Translations under genes and position numbers: made by a program
Origin: a virus
Reading direction: 5' to 3' (one strand)
IMG/VR virus record: IMGVR_UViG_3300048080_000167
Location: 1 to 56,185 of that record
DNA length: 56,185 nt
The notes under the pieces: generated by a model
The model's input: only the letters and a program-made list of their open reading frames with translations
Database searches by the model: none
Told to the model about the DNA's origin: nothing
Shown here: in pieces, positions 47,522-56,185 of the stretch
Layout of the letters: every line of letters starts with the position of its first letter
Numbering within the stretch: the stretch's first letter is position 1

Positions 47522-49414
47522 GTGTCTTTCGGCGAGATCGGCAAGGCCGAAGTTGTCCTGACCGTCGAGTTGGACAAGCTCTCGCGGGGCTTCGCGCAGG
47601 GCAAGAAACAGGTCCAGGGGCACCTCGACGATCTCGACCGGCGCGGCAAGCGCTTCGGCGCCAACTTCGGCGCGTCGCTCGGCGCCGCGGCGCGCGCGCT
47701 CGGGCCCGTGCTCGGCGCTCTCGGCGTCGCCGGGGGCGCGGCCGGCTTCGCTCTGCTCTTCCGGAACGCGCTGAACGCCGGGGAGGCCCTGCTCGGGCTC
47801 AGCCAGAAGCTCGGCGTGACCGTCGAAGGCATCCAGCGACTCAACTTCGCCGCGCAGCAGAACAACGTGACGACGGGCGCTCTCGAGTCGGGGCTCCTGG
47901 CGCTCTCCCGGAACATGGGGCTGCTCTCCCAGGGGGAGGGCAAGCTCTTCAACATGCTGAAGGACACGAACCCCGAGCTGGCTCGGCAGCTCGCGGTGAC
48001 GACCGATTCTGAGCAGGGCTTCCTCTTGCTCTCCGATGCCATCGCCAAGATCGAAAGCCCGACCGAGCGAGCCGCGCTCGCGGCCGCGGCCTTCGGCCGG
48101 GGGCTCGGCTCCCAACTGCTCCCGCTCCTGATCCAGGGCTCGGCCGAGATCACGGCCCTGGGGCGACGCGCCGAGGAGCTCGGGCTCGTCATGTCCACCC
48201 AGCTCGCTCGCGACGCCGACGCCGCTGGCGACGCGCTCGAGACGGTCGCGAACATCGTGAAGGTGAACCTGACGCAGGGGCTGCTGGGCGCGAGCGGCGA
48301 GGCCAAGAGCTTCGCCGAGCAGTTCACCACGCCGGAGTTCGCTGGGAACGTGCGCGCCGTCGGGGAAGCGCTCGGCACCATCGCCGGCGCGCTCTTCTCG
48401 ATCGGTGCTGCGGCGGCGGGCGCCGTGAACAAGGTCCAGTCGCTCTGGGACAAGGTCAAGGGCTTCGCCGGCTCGCAGTCCTCGAGCTTCCTCGATCGCT
48501 TCGGCCGGCCGGGGAAGACGGTCATCACCCCCGAGGGCGAGGTGCCGGCGCCCGCAGGCGCGCCGACGCCGGCGCCGGCCGGGGCCGGTGGCACGCCGTC
48601 ACCCACCCAGGCATTCACGGATGCGCTCGCGGGCAAGGCGAGTCAGACGGCCGAGCAACGCGCGAAAGAAGCGCAGGACTTTTTCGACACCATCACCGAG
48701 GGGCGCCTGCAAGCGGAGGGCCGGATCATCGAGCTGATCGAACGCGAACGGGACATTCGGCTCGCCGACGCCGACCGGCTGATCACCGACGAGCAGAAAC
48801 ACCTGGAGGCGCGCATCGGCATCCACCAGATCGCTAACGCCGAGATTGCGAAGTTCGAAGAGGAGCGCCGGCTCGCGCTCGAGAAAGGGCAGGAAGAGCT
48901 GGGGCAGAAACTCGCCGACACCCTGTCGCCGTTCATCGAAGCGCTCGTCGAAGGCGAGTTTACGTGGAAGGGCTTTCTGGACAACCTGATCCAGGAGTTC
49001 GCCAAGTCTGGCATCCAGAACCTGCTCGGCACGGTCGGCGGACTGATCGGCGGCAAGAGCCTGCCCGAAGCGACGGGCGCCACCAGCGCGCTTGGCGGAG
49101 TCGCCGGTGGTGCACAGCAGGGTGGAGCCGGGGGCTGGATCCAAGCCGGGCTCTCGATCGCCTCGCTCTTCCTTCAGCATGGGGGCCCTTTCGAGTCCGG
49201 TGAAGCCTTCGTCGTCGGCGAGCGCGGGCCCGAGATGCTAGCCGTCGGCCAACCGGGTCGCGTGACGCCGATGCGAGACTCGGCCGGGGCCCCGGCGAAC
49301 GTCACCATGAACATCCACGGCGTCAAAGACGCCGACTCGTTCCGACGGAGCGAGAAGCAGATCATGGCGCGCACGGCTCGAGGCCTGCGCGACGCAGAGG
49401 GGCGTCACCGTTGA
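47522..49414 (+). CDS. Tape measure protein
   Basis: 630 aa, Ala/Gly/Leu-rich and helical. Position lies after the chaperones. Confidence 0.8.
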   Translation: MSFGEIGKAEVVLTVELDKLSRGFAQGKKQVQGHLDDLDRRGKRFGANFGASLGAAARALGPVLGALGVAGGAAGFALLFRNALNAGEALLGLSQKLGVTVEGIQRLNFAAQQNNVTTGALESGLLALSRNMGLLSQGEGKLFNMLKDTNPELARQLAVTTDSEQGFLLLSDAIAKIESPTERAALAAAAFGRGLGSQLLPLLIQGSAEITALGRRAEELGLVMSTQLARDADAAGDALETVANIVKVNLTQGLLGASGEAKSFAEQFTTPEFAGNVRAVGEALGTIAGALFSIGAAAAGAVNKVQSLWDKVKGFAGSQSSSFLDRFGRPGKTVITPEGEVPAPAGAPTPAPAGAGGTPSPTQAFTDALAGKASQTAEQRAKEAQDFFDTITEGRLQAEGRIIELIERERDIRLADADRLITDEQKHLEARIGIHQIANAEIAKFEEERRLALEKGQEELGQKLADTLSPFIEALVEGEFTWKGFLDNLIQEFAKSGIQNLLGTVGGLIGGKSLPEATGATSALGGVAGGAQQGGAGGWIQAGLSIASLFLQHGGPFESGEAFVVGERGPEMLAVGQPGRVTPMRDSAGAPANVTMNIHGVKDADSFRRSEKQIMARTARGLRDAEGRHR

Positions 49415-50031
49415 GCATCACCTTCGAGGAAGTGCGCTTCCCGATCGACATTTCCCACGGCGCGCAAGGGGGCCCGCGCTGGGCCACGACCGTCTCGCAG
49501 TCGGGTGGGGGGCAGGAGCAGCGAAACATCAACTGGGCCGACGCTCGCCACCAGTGGTCAGTCGAGCACGGCGTCAAGACAGCAGAGCAGATGGATCGGC
49601 TCGTGGCGTTTTTCAACGCTATGAGGGGACGCGCGACGGGCTTTCGCTTTCAGGACCCGGTCGACCATCAAGCGATCTCCCGCGAGCGCTTCGGCACGGG
49701 AGACGGCGCCGATACCACCTTCCAGCTCACGAAGACGTACACGGCCGGCGCGCGCACCTGGGTCCGGAACATCACGAAGCCTTCGCCGGATCTCGGCGCG
49801 CTCTCCATCTTCGTCGCCGGAGTGCTCCAGCCGACGAGCGCGTACACGATCGACACCACGACGGGCATCGTGACGTTCTCGGCCCCGCCGGCAGGCGCCG
49901 CCGCGCTCGAGTGGACGGGCTACTTCGACACGCCGGTACGCTTCGACTCCGACGAGATGCAGATCACCGATCGCTTCGACGACGTCAAAGACTGGACGCT
50001 GAATGTCGTCGAGGTGCGGGAGATCGTCTAG
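49411..50031 (+). CDS. DUF2460 / TIGR02217-type distal tail protein (RcGTA g12-like)
   Basis: FEEVRFPIDISHGAQGGPRWATTVSQSGGGQEQRNINW...RHQW.V.HG......M..L.AFF.AMRGRA.GFRF.D is the family signature. Confidence 0.8.
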   Translation: MSITFEEVRFPIDISHGAQGGPRWATTVSQSGGGQEQRNINWADARHQWSVEHGVKTAEQMDRLVAFFNAMRGRATGFRFQDPVDHQAISRERFGTGDGADTTFQLTKTYTAGARTWVRNITKPSPDLGALSIFVAGVLQPTSAYTIDTTTGIVTFSAPPAGAAALEWTGYFDTPVRFDSDEMQITDRFDDVKDWTLNVVEVREIV

Positions 50032-51482
50032 TGAAGGCCGCGAGCGCCGGGCTCATCACGCACATCGCGCAGGGGGTCACGACGCTCGCGACGCTCTTTC
50101 GCGTCGTCCGGCGAGACGGGGCGATTCTCGGCTTCACTGACCACGACCGGGATCTCACCTTCGAGTCGCTGGTCTACGAAGCGTCGACCGGCTACATGCG
50201 GAGCGCGATCTCGAATCAGTCCGACCTTTCCGTCGACAATCTCGAGCTGACCGCCCTGCTCGACTCGCCCCGGATCACGAAGGCCGATCTCCGCGCCGGG
50301 CTCTACGACGACGCCAGCTTCGAGATGCGAATGGTCAACTGGCAGAATCTCGCCGACGGGGCGATCAAGCTCAGGGCAGGGAATCTCGGGCGCTCCGTCG
50401 TGCGAGACGGCACCTTCACCCTAGAGCTGCGGGGGCTCGGCGGGCGCTTCGAGCGAGTCATCGGCGACGTCTATTCCCCGCGTTGCCGGGCCGACGTCTT
50501 CGATACCGCGAACGCCGTCATCATGAAGCGCTGCGGGCTCTCTGATCTCGCGATCGACCCGAACACCACGCTGACGTACCGGCGCGACAACCGGGTGCAT
50601 AGCGTCGTCACGAGCCGTCGGCAGTTTCAGATCAAGGGGGCTGTCGCCCCCGGCGCTACCGTCACCTTCACGCTCACGAACCCCGGCGCCGAGTCGGGGA
50701 GCACGGCCGGCTGGACCGTCGCGTCGGGCGAGTGGGCCGCCGTCGGAACGGTCCTCGGGATCGCGCCGCACGGGGGCGTCTTCCAGTTTCGCGCCGACGC
50801 CACGCTCCCGGTCGCCGTGCTCTCCGTGCTCGAGCAGTCGGTCGATCTCGTCGCCGGAGGGCTCGCCGCGGCGACGATCGACACGGGGCTCCAGGATCTC
50901 TCGCTCCGGGTCTGGGTGGCGAACGGCGCCGGGGCAGGGGCTCAGACGGCCGAGATCGGGCTCCGGGTGCTCGACGCGAACAACGTCGTGCTCCAAGACG
51001 AGCGCACCCTGGTCACGCCGAACCCCGGGGCGACCTACACGGAGTTTCTCCACCAGCGCCCGCTCCCGGTCGGGGCCCGCTTCGCCGTCATCCGGCTCCT
51101 GCACAACAACCCCACGCTCGTCGCCGGCGAGTTCCTCTACGACGACGTGACGCTCGAGGCGCAGGACGAGGGCCACGTCGCGCTCCCGAGCATCGCGGCC
51201 TACTTCACCGGCGGACTGCTCCAGTGGGTGTCCGGCGCGAACAAGGGGCGCGCGATGGAGGTCAAGCTCTTCTCGAGCGGCGTCGGACCCGGTGGTGAGC
51301 TCAAGCTCTTCCTGCCGATGCCGTTTCTCCCGGTCGAGAACGACCGCTTCCTGATCTGGCCGGGCTGCGACAAGACGCTCGCCGTCTGCACCGCGAAGTT
51401 CGCCAACGCCGTCAACTTCCGGGGCGAGCCCCACCTGCCCGGGCGCGATCGGCTCCTGAAGTACCCGGATGCGCAAGCGTGA
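50031..51482 (+). CDS. DUF2163 plus phage BR0599-type C-terminus, tail hub protein (RcGTA g13-like)
   Basis: TLATLFRVVRRDGAILGFTDHDRDLTF....Y.......S.......LSVDNLEL. C-terminus: PGCDKTLAVCTAKFANAVNFRGEPHLPGRD. Confidence 0.8.
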   Translation: MKAASAGLITHIAQGVTTLATLFRVVRRDGAILGFTDHDRDLTFESLVYEASTGYMRSAISNQSDLSVDNLELTALLDSPRITKADLRAGLYDDASFEMRMVNWQNLADGAIKLRAGNLGRSVVRDGTFTLELRGLGGRFERVIGDVYSPRCRADVFDTANAVIMKRCGLSDLAIDPNTTLTYRRDNRVHSVVTSRRQFQIKGAVAPGATVTFTLTNPGAESGSTAGWTVASGEWAAVGTVLGIAPHGGVFQFRADATLPVAVLSVLEQSVDLVAGGLAAATIDTGLQDLSLRVWVANGAGAGAQTAEIGLRVLDANNVVLQDERTLVTPNPGATYTEFLHQRPLPVGARFAVIRLLHNNPTLVAGEFLYDDVTLEAQDEGHVALPSIAAYFTGGLLQWVSGANKGRAMEVKLFSSGVGPGGELKLFLPMPFLPVENDRFLIWPGCDKTLAVCTAKFANAVNFRGEPHLPGRDRLLKYPDAQA

Positions 51483-52008
51483 GGCTGCGGGAGATGCCGG
51501 CATGGCGACGGTAGCCCCGACCCGGCGAGCGCTCGTCGACAACGCCCGAACCTTCGTGGGCTCGCGCTTCGTCCACCAGGGACGCATGAGGACCGTGCTC
51601 CGGGGCCGGCGCGCCTTCGGGGGGATCGACTGCGCCGGGATGACGATTGTGCCCGCGCAGGAGATCGGGCTACGACCGGGCGTCGGCGTGCACATCTACC
51701 GGCGCGAGCCGAACGGCTCGCTGATGCAGGCGGAGCTCGCGCGCTGGCTGACGCCGAAGGCTCTCACGGCCGGGCTCCCGGGCGACGTCGTCTACCTGAA
51801 GCACCCGATGGCGAAGTATGCGCACCATCTCGGACTGCTCTCCGATCTCTACTTCGACGGGCGCCCCCTGCTCGGCATCATCCACGCTTGTCTGCGCCAC
51901 CGGCGCGTCGTCGAGTGCTGCTTCGACGAAGAGCTGCGGGCCTGGACCACCGCCTGCTACAGCTACCCCGAGCTGGTAGGGGAGACGACGTGGCCCGAGC
52001 GAAGCTGA
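51469..52008 (+). CDS. NlpC/P60-family cell-wall peptidase of the tail (RcGTA g14-like)
   Basis: Catalytic Cys context GGIDCAGM, His context AHHLGLL. The start may be ATG 51502 rather than 51469. Confidence 0.7.
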   Translation: MRKREAAGDAGMATVAPTRRALVDNARTFVGSRFVHQGRMRTVLRGRRAFGGIDCAGMTIVPAQEIGLRPGVGVHIYRREPNGSLMQAELARWLTPKALTAGLPGDVVYLKHPMAKYAHHLGLLSDLYFDGRPLLGIIHACLRHRRVVECCFDEELRAWTTACYSYPELVGETTWPERS

Positions 52009-55000
52009 GCCGGAGAGAGCACGTCGCCCGGGCCGGACTGCTCGGCGCGCTCGTCGTGCTCTCCCCGGTCGCCCTCCAGGGCATCGAGACGGCGATCATC
52101 ATCGCCATCGCGCAGGTCGCGATCCAGGCGGCCGCGATCGCGGCGAGCATCCTGCTCCGGCCGAAACCGCAAGGCCAGCACACCGAAGGGCCCCGGCTCG
52201 AGGACCGGGTGGTCACGATCTCGAGCTACGGGCAGCCGATCCCGATTCAGCTCGGGGGCGTGGTGCGAGTCTCCGGCGGGATCATCTGGTCGCGCGACAT
52301 TCGCGAAGTCAAGACCCACCACAGCACGTCGGCAGGGAAGGGGGGCGGTGGGGGCAGCATCTCGTCGAACACCTATAGCTACTTCGGCGACTTCGCCGCG
52401 AGCTTCGGCGAAGGGGTCGCGGCCGTCGACGGGCTCCTGAAGGTCTGGTGCAATGGGAAACTGATCATCGACAACACGAAGCTCGGCGACGCCGTCAAGA
52501 AGTATCCGGACCTGCAAGTGAGATTCTACGTCGGAGACGCTACCCAGCTCGCCGACACGCTGATCTCGAGCGTCGAAGGGCTCGCGAACACGCCCGCGTA
52601 CCGAGGCCAGTGCTATGCCGTCTTCGAGAACCTGCCCCTGGCCGACTTCGGCAATCACCTGCCGAACCTGGAAGCGCTCGTCGCCTACGCTGCGGACGCG
52701 AACAAGACGAGCACGATCATCGACGCGCCCGGCGGTGGGGGGCTCATCAACGCCGCCTTCCTGCTCGACCGAAACCGAAACACCATCTACTGGATTCAGA
52801 ATCCCGGGCAGCCCACCACCGTCGGGATCGACGCTCAGGCGGTGGTCCGGTACAACCCGGTGCTCAATGACGTCGAATATAAGCGCTTCGAGCTAGACGT
52901 CTCGTCAAACGACATAGTGTCGGAGCTAGAGCTAGACGACCTAGGCTTCCTCTACGCGCTCACTCGGGTCGGCTCGACGGGCTACCGGGTCCACCGGCTC
53001 GACGCGCTCACGGGCTCGACCCTGCTCGTCTCCGGAGACTCGACGGTCACGACGGGCACCTATCGGCCCGACCAGTCCGTCTACATCAGCAAGGCCGCGG
53101 CCGGTGGCATCGGCAGCTACATCGTCACCAGCACGCTCGCTAGCTCGGGGCAGACGGGGCACGGCCGGCTCTCGCTCATCAACCTGAACGCCAACGGCGA
53201 CGTGTCGGGAGCCGGCGATATTTCGATTCAGGGCGTGCGCGACCTGCCGGAGATGCAGCCCGGGCTCGGAATGGTCCGCTCGATCTGCGCCGACAAGAAC
53301 GGCGACGTGTGGGTTATCGCGCGCACCGACGCCGGCATCGTCTTCCTCTACCAGCTCGAGATCGTCGCGAGCACGCCGACGACGGCTTCGCTTCAGATCA
53401 AGGCGACGCACAACCTGACGACGCTGACCACGATGACCGACGCTCACCACATCGGCTACGACGTCGCGAGCCACGCGCTACTCATCGGGAAGATCAACAA
53501 CTCCGGAACCCCGGCTCTCCGGCAGGTCCGAAAGTTCGATCTCGCCACGCTCACGACGCTCTGGACGCTCTCGGAGGACCACGCGAGCGTGACCGTCGGC
53601 GACCTGATCCGAGAAGCGACGGGCGGGCTCGTGCTCTCCAACCGCTTCCTGTTCAAGTACGCGGCGCAGGCCGGGCTGCTCTTTACGACCGACGTGTCGA
53701 GTCAGACGGACGGGATCGTCTATCGCATCCGAGTCTCCGACGGCGTGCTCGAGCGCATCTACGATCTCGGCGACTACTGGACGTCGCCGGGGCTCTGCGA
53801 TCAAGTGCTGTACGACTCGCTCACGAATCTCTGCTACGCCGTCCGGAACACGACGCCGTTCGACCTGCGACGCATCGCCTTCGATCGGGTCACGCAGCTC
53901 ACCACGACGCTCCAGTCGGGCGTCGAGGCCCTATGCGCTCGAGCCGGGCTCGACGTCGCCACCCAGGTCGACGCGTCGGGGCTCGCGAGTGCACAGCTCC
54001 GGGGCTACCCCATCGCGAATCTGCCGAGCACGGTGCGAGCGCTCATCGAGCCGCTAGCGCTCGCGTACTTCTTCGACGGTGTCGAGAGCGACTTCAAGAT
54101 CAAGTTCATCCTGCGCGGTGGCGCCGTCGCAGCGACGATCGCGGAGGACGATCTCGGCGCATTCTCGGAGACGTCGCCCCCCGAGTCGCTGCAACGGCTC
54201 CAGGAAGAGATCGGGCAGGACGTCGAGCTACCGGAGCAGGTCGACGTCCGCTTCATCGACGTCAACAAGGATCTCCAGGTAGGCGATCAGTACGAGAAGC
54301 GCATCGGCGCGCCGGCCCCCACGACGCTCTCCCGAAAGAAAGTCACCCTGGACGTGCCGATCGTCTTCAACGCCACCGAAGCCCGGTCGATCGTCGAGCG
54401 CTTCATCTACCAGGAATGGGTCAAGAAATATGGCTTCAAGTATCAGACACTCCCGAAGCACCTACGACTCGACCCGAGCGACGTGGTGAACATCTCGAAG
54501 GACGGGCTCACGTTCGGCGCTCGACTCGCCGAAGTGGTGCTAGGTGGCGGGCTCGTCGTCGAGCACATCGCCGAGAGCGAAGATTCCGAGACGTACTCTT
54601 TCACGAATCAGACGGGTGACGACAATCTCTTCGTCGGGGACACCTTCGGCTCCGTCGGCGCTAGCGAGCTGTTCCTGTTCGACTATCTGCTCCGCGACGC
54701 GGACGACCCGACGGCCGGGCTCGCGCTGCCGCTCTACATGGGCTCGGCTCCCCAGCAGGAGACGGCGTTCTGGCGGGGCGCGTCGATGCAGAAAAGCGTG
54801 GACGGGGGCCTGACCTTCGCGCAGATCGAAGTGGCGCGCGACGATTCGACCTGGGGGCGCACCGTCGTCACGGGCGCGCTCGGGCTGACGCCCGCCTTCG
54901 CGCTCGCGCCCTACTTCGACTGGATGGTCTGGGATCGTATCACGACATTCCGGGTCCGGATCGCGTCGGGCTCAGCTCGGCTCGCTTCCGTCGCCGAGGC

Positions 55001-55928
55001 CGCCCTGCTGGCCGATGCCAACCTGAACGTGCTGATGGTCGGTCAGGAGCTGATTCGCTTCGCGACCGTCGTGGACAACGGTGACGGCAGCTTCGACTTC
55101 TCGACGCTCATCCGGGGACGCAGGGGCACGGGCTGGGCCGCGGAGAACGGGCACCGGGGCGGAACGCTCGTGGTCCTGCTCGACCAGGATGCGCTCTCCT
55201 ACTCGGGGCAGCCCCCGGCCGAGCGAGACGTCGTGCGGCACTGGCGCGCCGTGACGCTCGCCGGGCTGCTCGACAACTCGGCTCAACGGGGGCAGGCGAT
55301 CAGCGGGCTCGGGCTGAAACCCTACCGGGTCCGGCACATCGAGAGCACGCGAGACGGGGCGAACCTGATCGTGGTGTCGTGGCAGCGGCAGGCGCGCGTC
55401 GGCGGCGAGCTGGACTGGAATGACGGCGTGACCGATCCCCCGATCGGGGAGACGGCTGAAAACTACCGGATTGACTTCATCAACCCTAGCTTCCGGGGCG
55501 TCTCGACCGGGATCACGGCGACGACGCTCACCCAGACGGGCGCCGGCTGGACGGTCGACGAGCACGCCGGGCGCTACGTACTCCATCGCCACAACCCGCA
55601 CCACGGCTCGAGCGCGACGCCGACGGACTTCACCAGGGGTCGCGTCCACCTGCGCCGCGTGCTCTCGAATACCGCGACCGTGCTGACGCTCGCCGATGCG
55701 AGCTGGGCGTTCACGCCGACCGTCGGAGATAGCTACTTCATCCAGGATCTCGTCGCGCCCGTCGTCTTGCGGACGTCGACGCAGACGCTCAAGACCTTCG
55801 TGTACTCGTCGGCTCAGCAGGTCACGGACGGCTTCACGGCCGGGCAGGGGATTCTCGCGATGGTGGCGCAGCTCTCGAGCGCCGTAGGGCTGGGAGTAGT
55901 AAGCTGGGAGCCTGTCTTCGGGACCTAG
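51990..55928 (+). CDS. Host-specificity / central tail fibre protein (RcGTA g15-like), ~1310 aa
   Basis: RBS ggggag followed by GTG 51990. Hydrophobic N-terminus, then EGPRLEDRVVTISSYGQPIPIQLGGVVRVSGGIIWSRDI...SYFGDFA, as in GTA-type host-specificity proteins. Confidence 0.8.
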   Translation: MARAKLSRREHVARAGLLGALVVLSPVALQGIETAIIIAIAQVAIQAAAIAASILLRPKPQGQHTEGPRLEDRVVTISSYGQPIPIQLGGVVRVSGGIIWSRDIREVKTHHSTSAGKGGGGGSISSNTYSYFGDFAASFGEGVAAVDGLLKVWCNGKLIIDNTKLGDAVKKYPDLQVRFYVGDATQLADTLISSVEGLANTPAYRGQCYAVFENLPLADFGNHLPNLEALVAYAADANKTSTIIDAPGGGGLINAAFLLDRNRNTIYWIQNPGQPTTVGIDAQAVVRYNPVLNDVEYKRFELDVSSNDIVSELELDDLGFLYALTRVGSTGYRVHRLDALTGSTLLVSGDSTVTTGTYRPDQSVYISKAAAGGIGSYIVTSTLASSGQTGHGRLSLINLNANGDVSGAGDISIQGVRDLPEMQPGLGMVRSICADKNGDVWVIARTDAGIVFLYQLEIVASTPTTASLQIKATHNLTTLTTMTDAHHIGYDVASHALLIGKINNSGTPALRQVRKFDLATLTTLWTLSEDHASVTVGDLIREATGGLVLSNRFLFKYAAQAGLLFTTDVSSQTDGIVYRIRVSDGVLERIYDLGDYWTSPGLCDQVLYDSLTNLCYAVRNTTPFDLRRIAFDRVTQLTTTLQSGVEALCARAGLDVATQVDASGLASAQLRGYPIANLPSTVRALIEPLALAYFFDGVESDFKIKFILRGGAVAATIAEDDLGAFSETSPPESLQRLQEEIGQDVELPEQVDVRFIDVNKDLQVGDQYEKRIGAPAPTTLSRKKVTLDVPIVFNATEARSIVERFIYQEWVKKYGFKYQTLPKHLRLDPSDVVNISKDGLTFGARLAEVVLGGGLVVEHIAESEDSETYSFTNQTGDDNLFVGDTFGSVGASELFLFDYLLRDADDPTAGLALPLYMGSAPQQETAFWRGASMQKSVDGGLTFAQIEVARDDSTWGRTVVTGALGLTPAFALAPYFDWMVWDRITTFRVRIASGSARLASVAEAALLADANLNVLMVGQELIRFATVVDNGDGSFDFSTLIRGRRGTGWAAENGHRGGTLVVLLDQDALSYSGQPPAERDVVRHWRAVTLAGLLDNSAQRGQAISGLGLKPYRVRHIESTRDGANLIVVSWQRQARVGGELDWNDGVTDPPIGETAENYRIDFINPSFRGVSTGITATTLTQTGAGWTVDEHAGRYVLHRHNPHHGSSATPTDFTRGRVHLRRVLSNTATVLTLADASWAFTPTVGDSYFIQDLVAPVVLRTSTQTLKTFVYSSAQQVTDGFTAGQGILAMVAQLSSAVGLGVVSWEPVFGT

Positions 55929-55940
55929 CCGGGGGAGAGC

Positions 55941-56185
55941 ATGCCGAGTGGCAATCACCTGAATCTCGACGCGATGACCGCGGCGCAGGCCGACAAAGAA
56001 GTCACCCACAATGAGAACGTGAACGAGGTGCAGGGCGCGCTCTGCGACTTCACCAGCCAGTCCGTCGCCGGGGGCGCCACCGTCAACCTCGACAACGACA
56101 CCGTGCTCTATTCGACGCGCCTCGAGCTCACCGGGCTCCTGACCGCCAACATCGCCGTCGACCTGCCCGACCGGAAGCGCAAGCT
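55941..56185 (+). CDS. Tail fibre-like protein with DUF2793-type N-terminus, 5' part (continues at 128 after collapsing the overlap; stop at 716)
   Basis: RBS gggggagag followed by ATG. MPSGNHLNLDAMTAAQADKEVTHNENVNEV resembles the DUF2793 signature ..AQAQKEVTHNEAL.. Confidence 0.8.
   Translation, partial: MPSGNHLNLDAMTAAQADKEVTHNENVNEVQGALCDFTSQSVAGGATVNLDNDTVLYSTRLELTGLLTANIAVDLPDRKRK
56059..56185. repeat. Direct terminal repeat, copy 2 (identical to 1..127)
   Basis: Exact match to 1..127, base by base. Confidence 0.95.

Noticed and set aside
1-56185. Search for tRNA/tmRNA genes, a reverse transcriptase (DGR or retron), and template/variable repeat pairs in the fibre genes.
   Set aside because: I could not recognise a cloverleaf-compatible segment, an RT motif (YxDD context), or near-identical repeat pairs in the fibre genes by eye. 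A dedicated scan (tRNAscan-type, RT HMM) would be needed for a firm negative.

Overview
The window is a complete, GC-rich (about two-thirds G+C by eye) tailed-phage genome. The first 127 bases recur exactly as the last 127, and a tail-fibre gene reads in frame through this overlap. The contig is therefore circularly closed or terminally redundant, with a unique length of 56,058 bp.

Gene order (+ strand unless stated):
- Tail fibres and candidate lysis/membrane genes (1..7296).
- A leftward recombination/regulator operon (7293..10037, minus strand).
- A rightward replication / DNA-modification operon (10180..15267). It holds an iteron-bearing initiator, a DUF1064-like nuclease, a ParB-like protein, a C5-cytosine methyltransferase and a CmoA-like enzyme.
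- A leftward early operon of small genes (15264..18713, minus strand).
- A long rightward operon of small accessory genes (18876..29267).
- terS and terL, a 4.3-kb accessory island, then a portal-MuF fusion.
- One opposite-strand moron (38120..38344).
- An HK97-type head module (S78 protease with a long extension, major capsid, connectors).
- An RcGTA-like tail module (major tail protein, chaperones, tape measure, DUF2460, DUF2163/BR0599, NlpC/P60, host-specificity protein, DUF2793 fibre).

I recognised no integrase, tRNA, rRNA, CRISPR array or reverse transcriptase.

Most interesting observations:
1. A C5-cytosine methyltransferase has Arg in place of the near-invariant motif-X Asn. It is translationally coupled to a CmoA-like carboxy-SAM synthase. 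I read this pair as a candidate natural DNA 5-carboxymethylcytosine system.
2. A conserved ~65-95 nt leader element precedes four small minus-strand genes that all begin MST(T)K. Three copies are in the early operon (a fourth MSTK gene there has a diverged leader) and one is transplanted between portal and protease.
3. 11-bp-phased iterons followed by a lower-GC stretch lie inside the putative initiator gene.
4. A perfect sigma-54 -24/-12 consensus sits at the head of the rightward operon.
5. The portal is fused to a MuF domain through an acidic Pro/Glu linker.
6. An accessory island between terL and portal includes a di-iron ferritin-like protein and DUF1643.

All family assignments come from motif recognition by eye, not from database searches.
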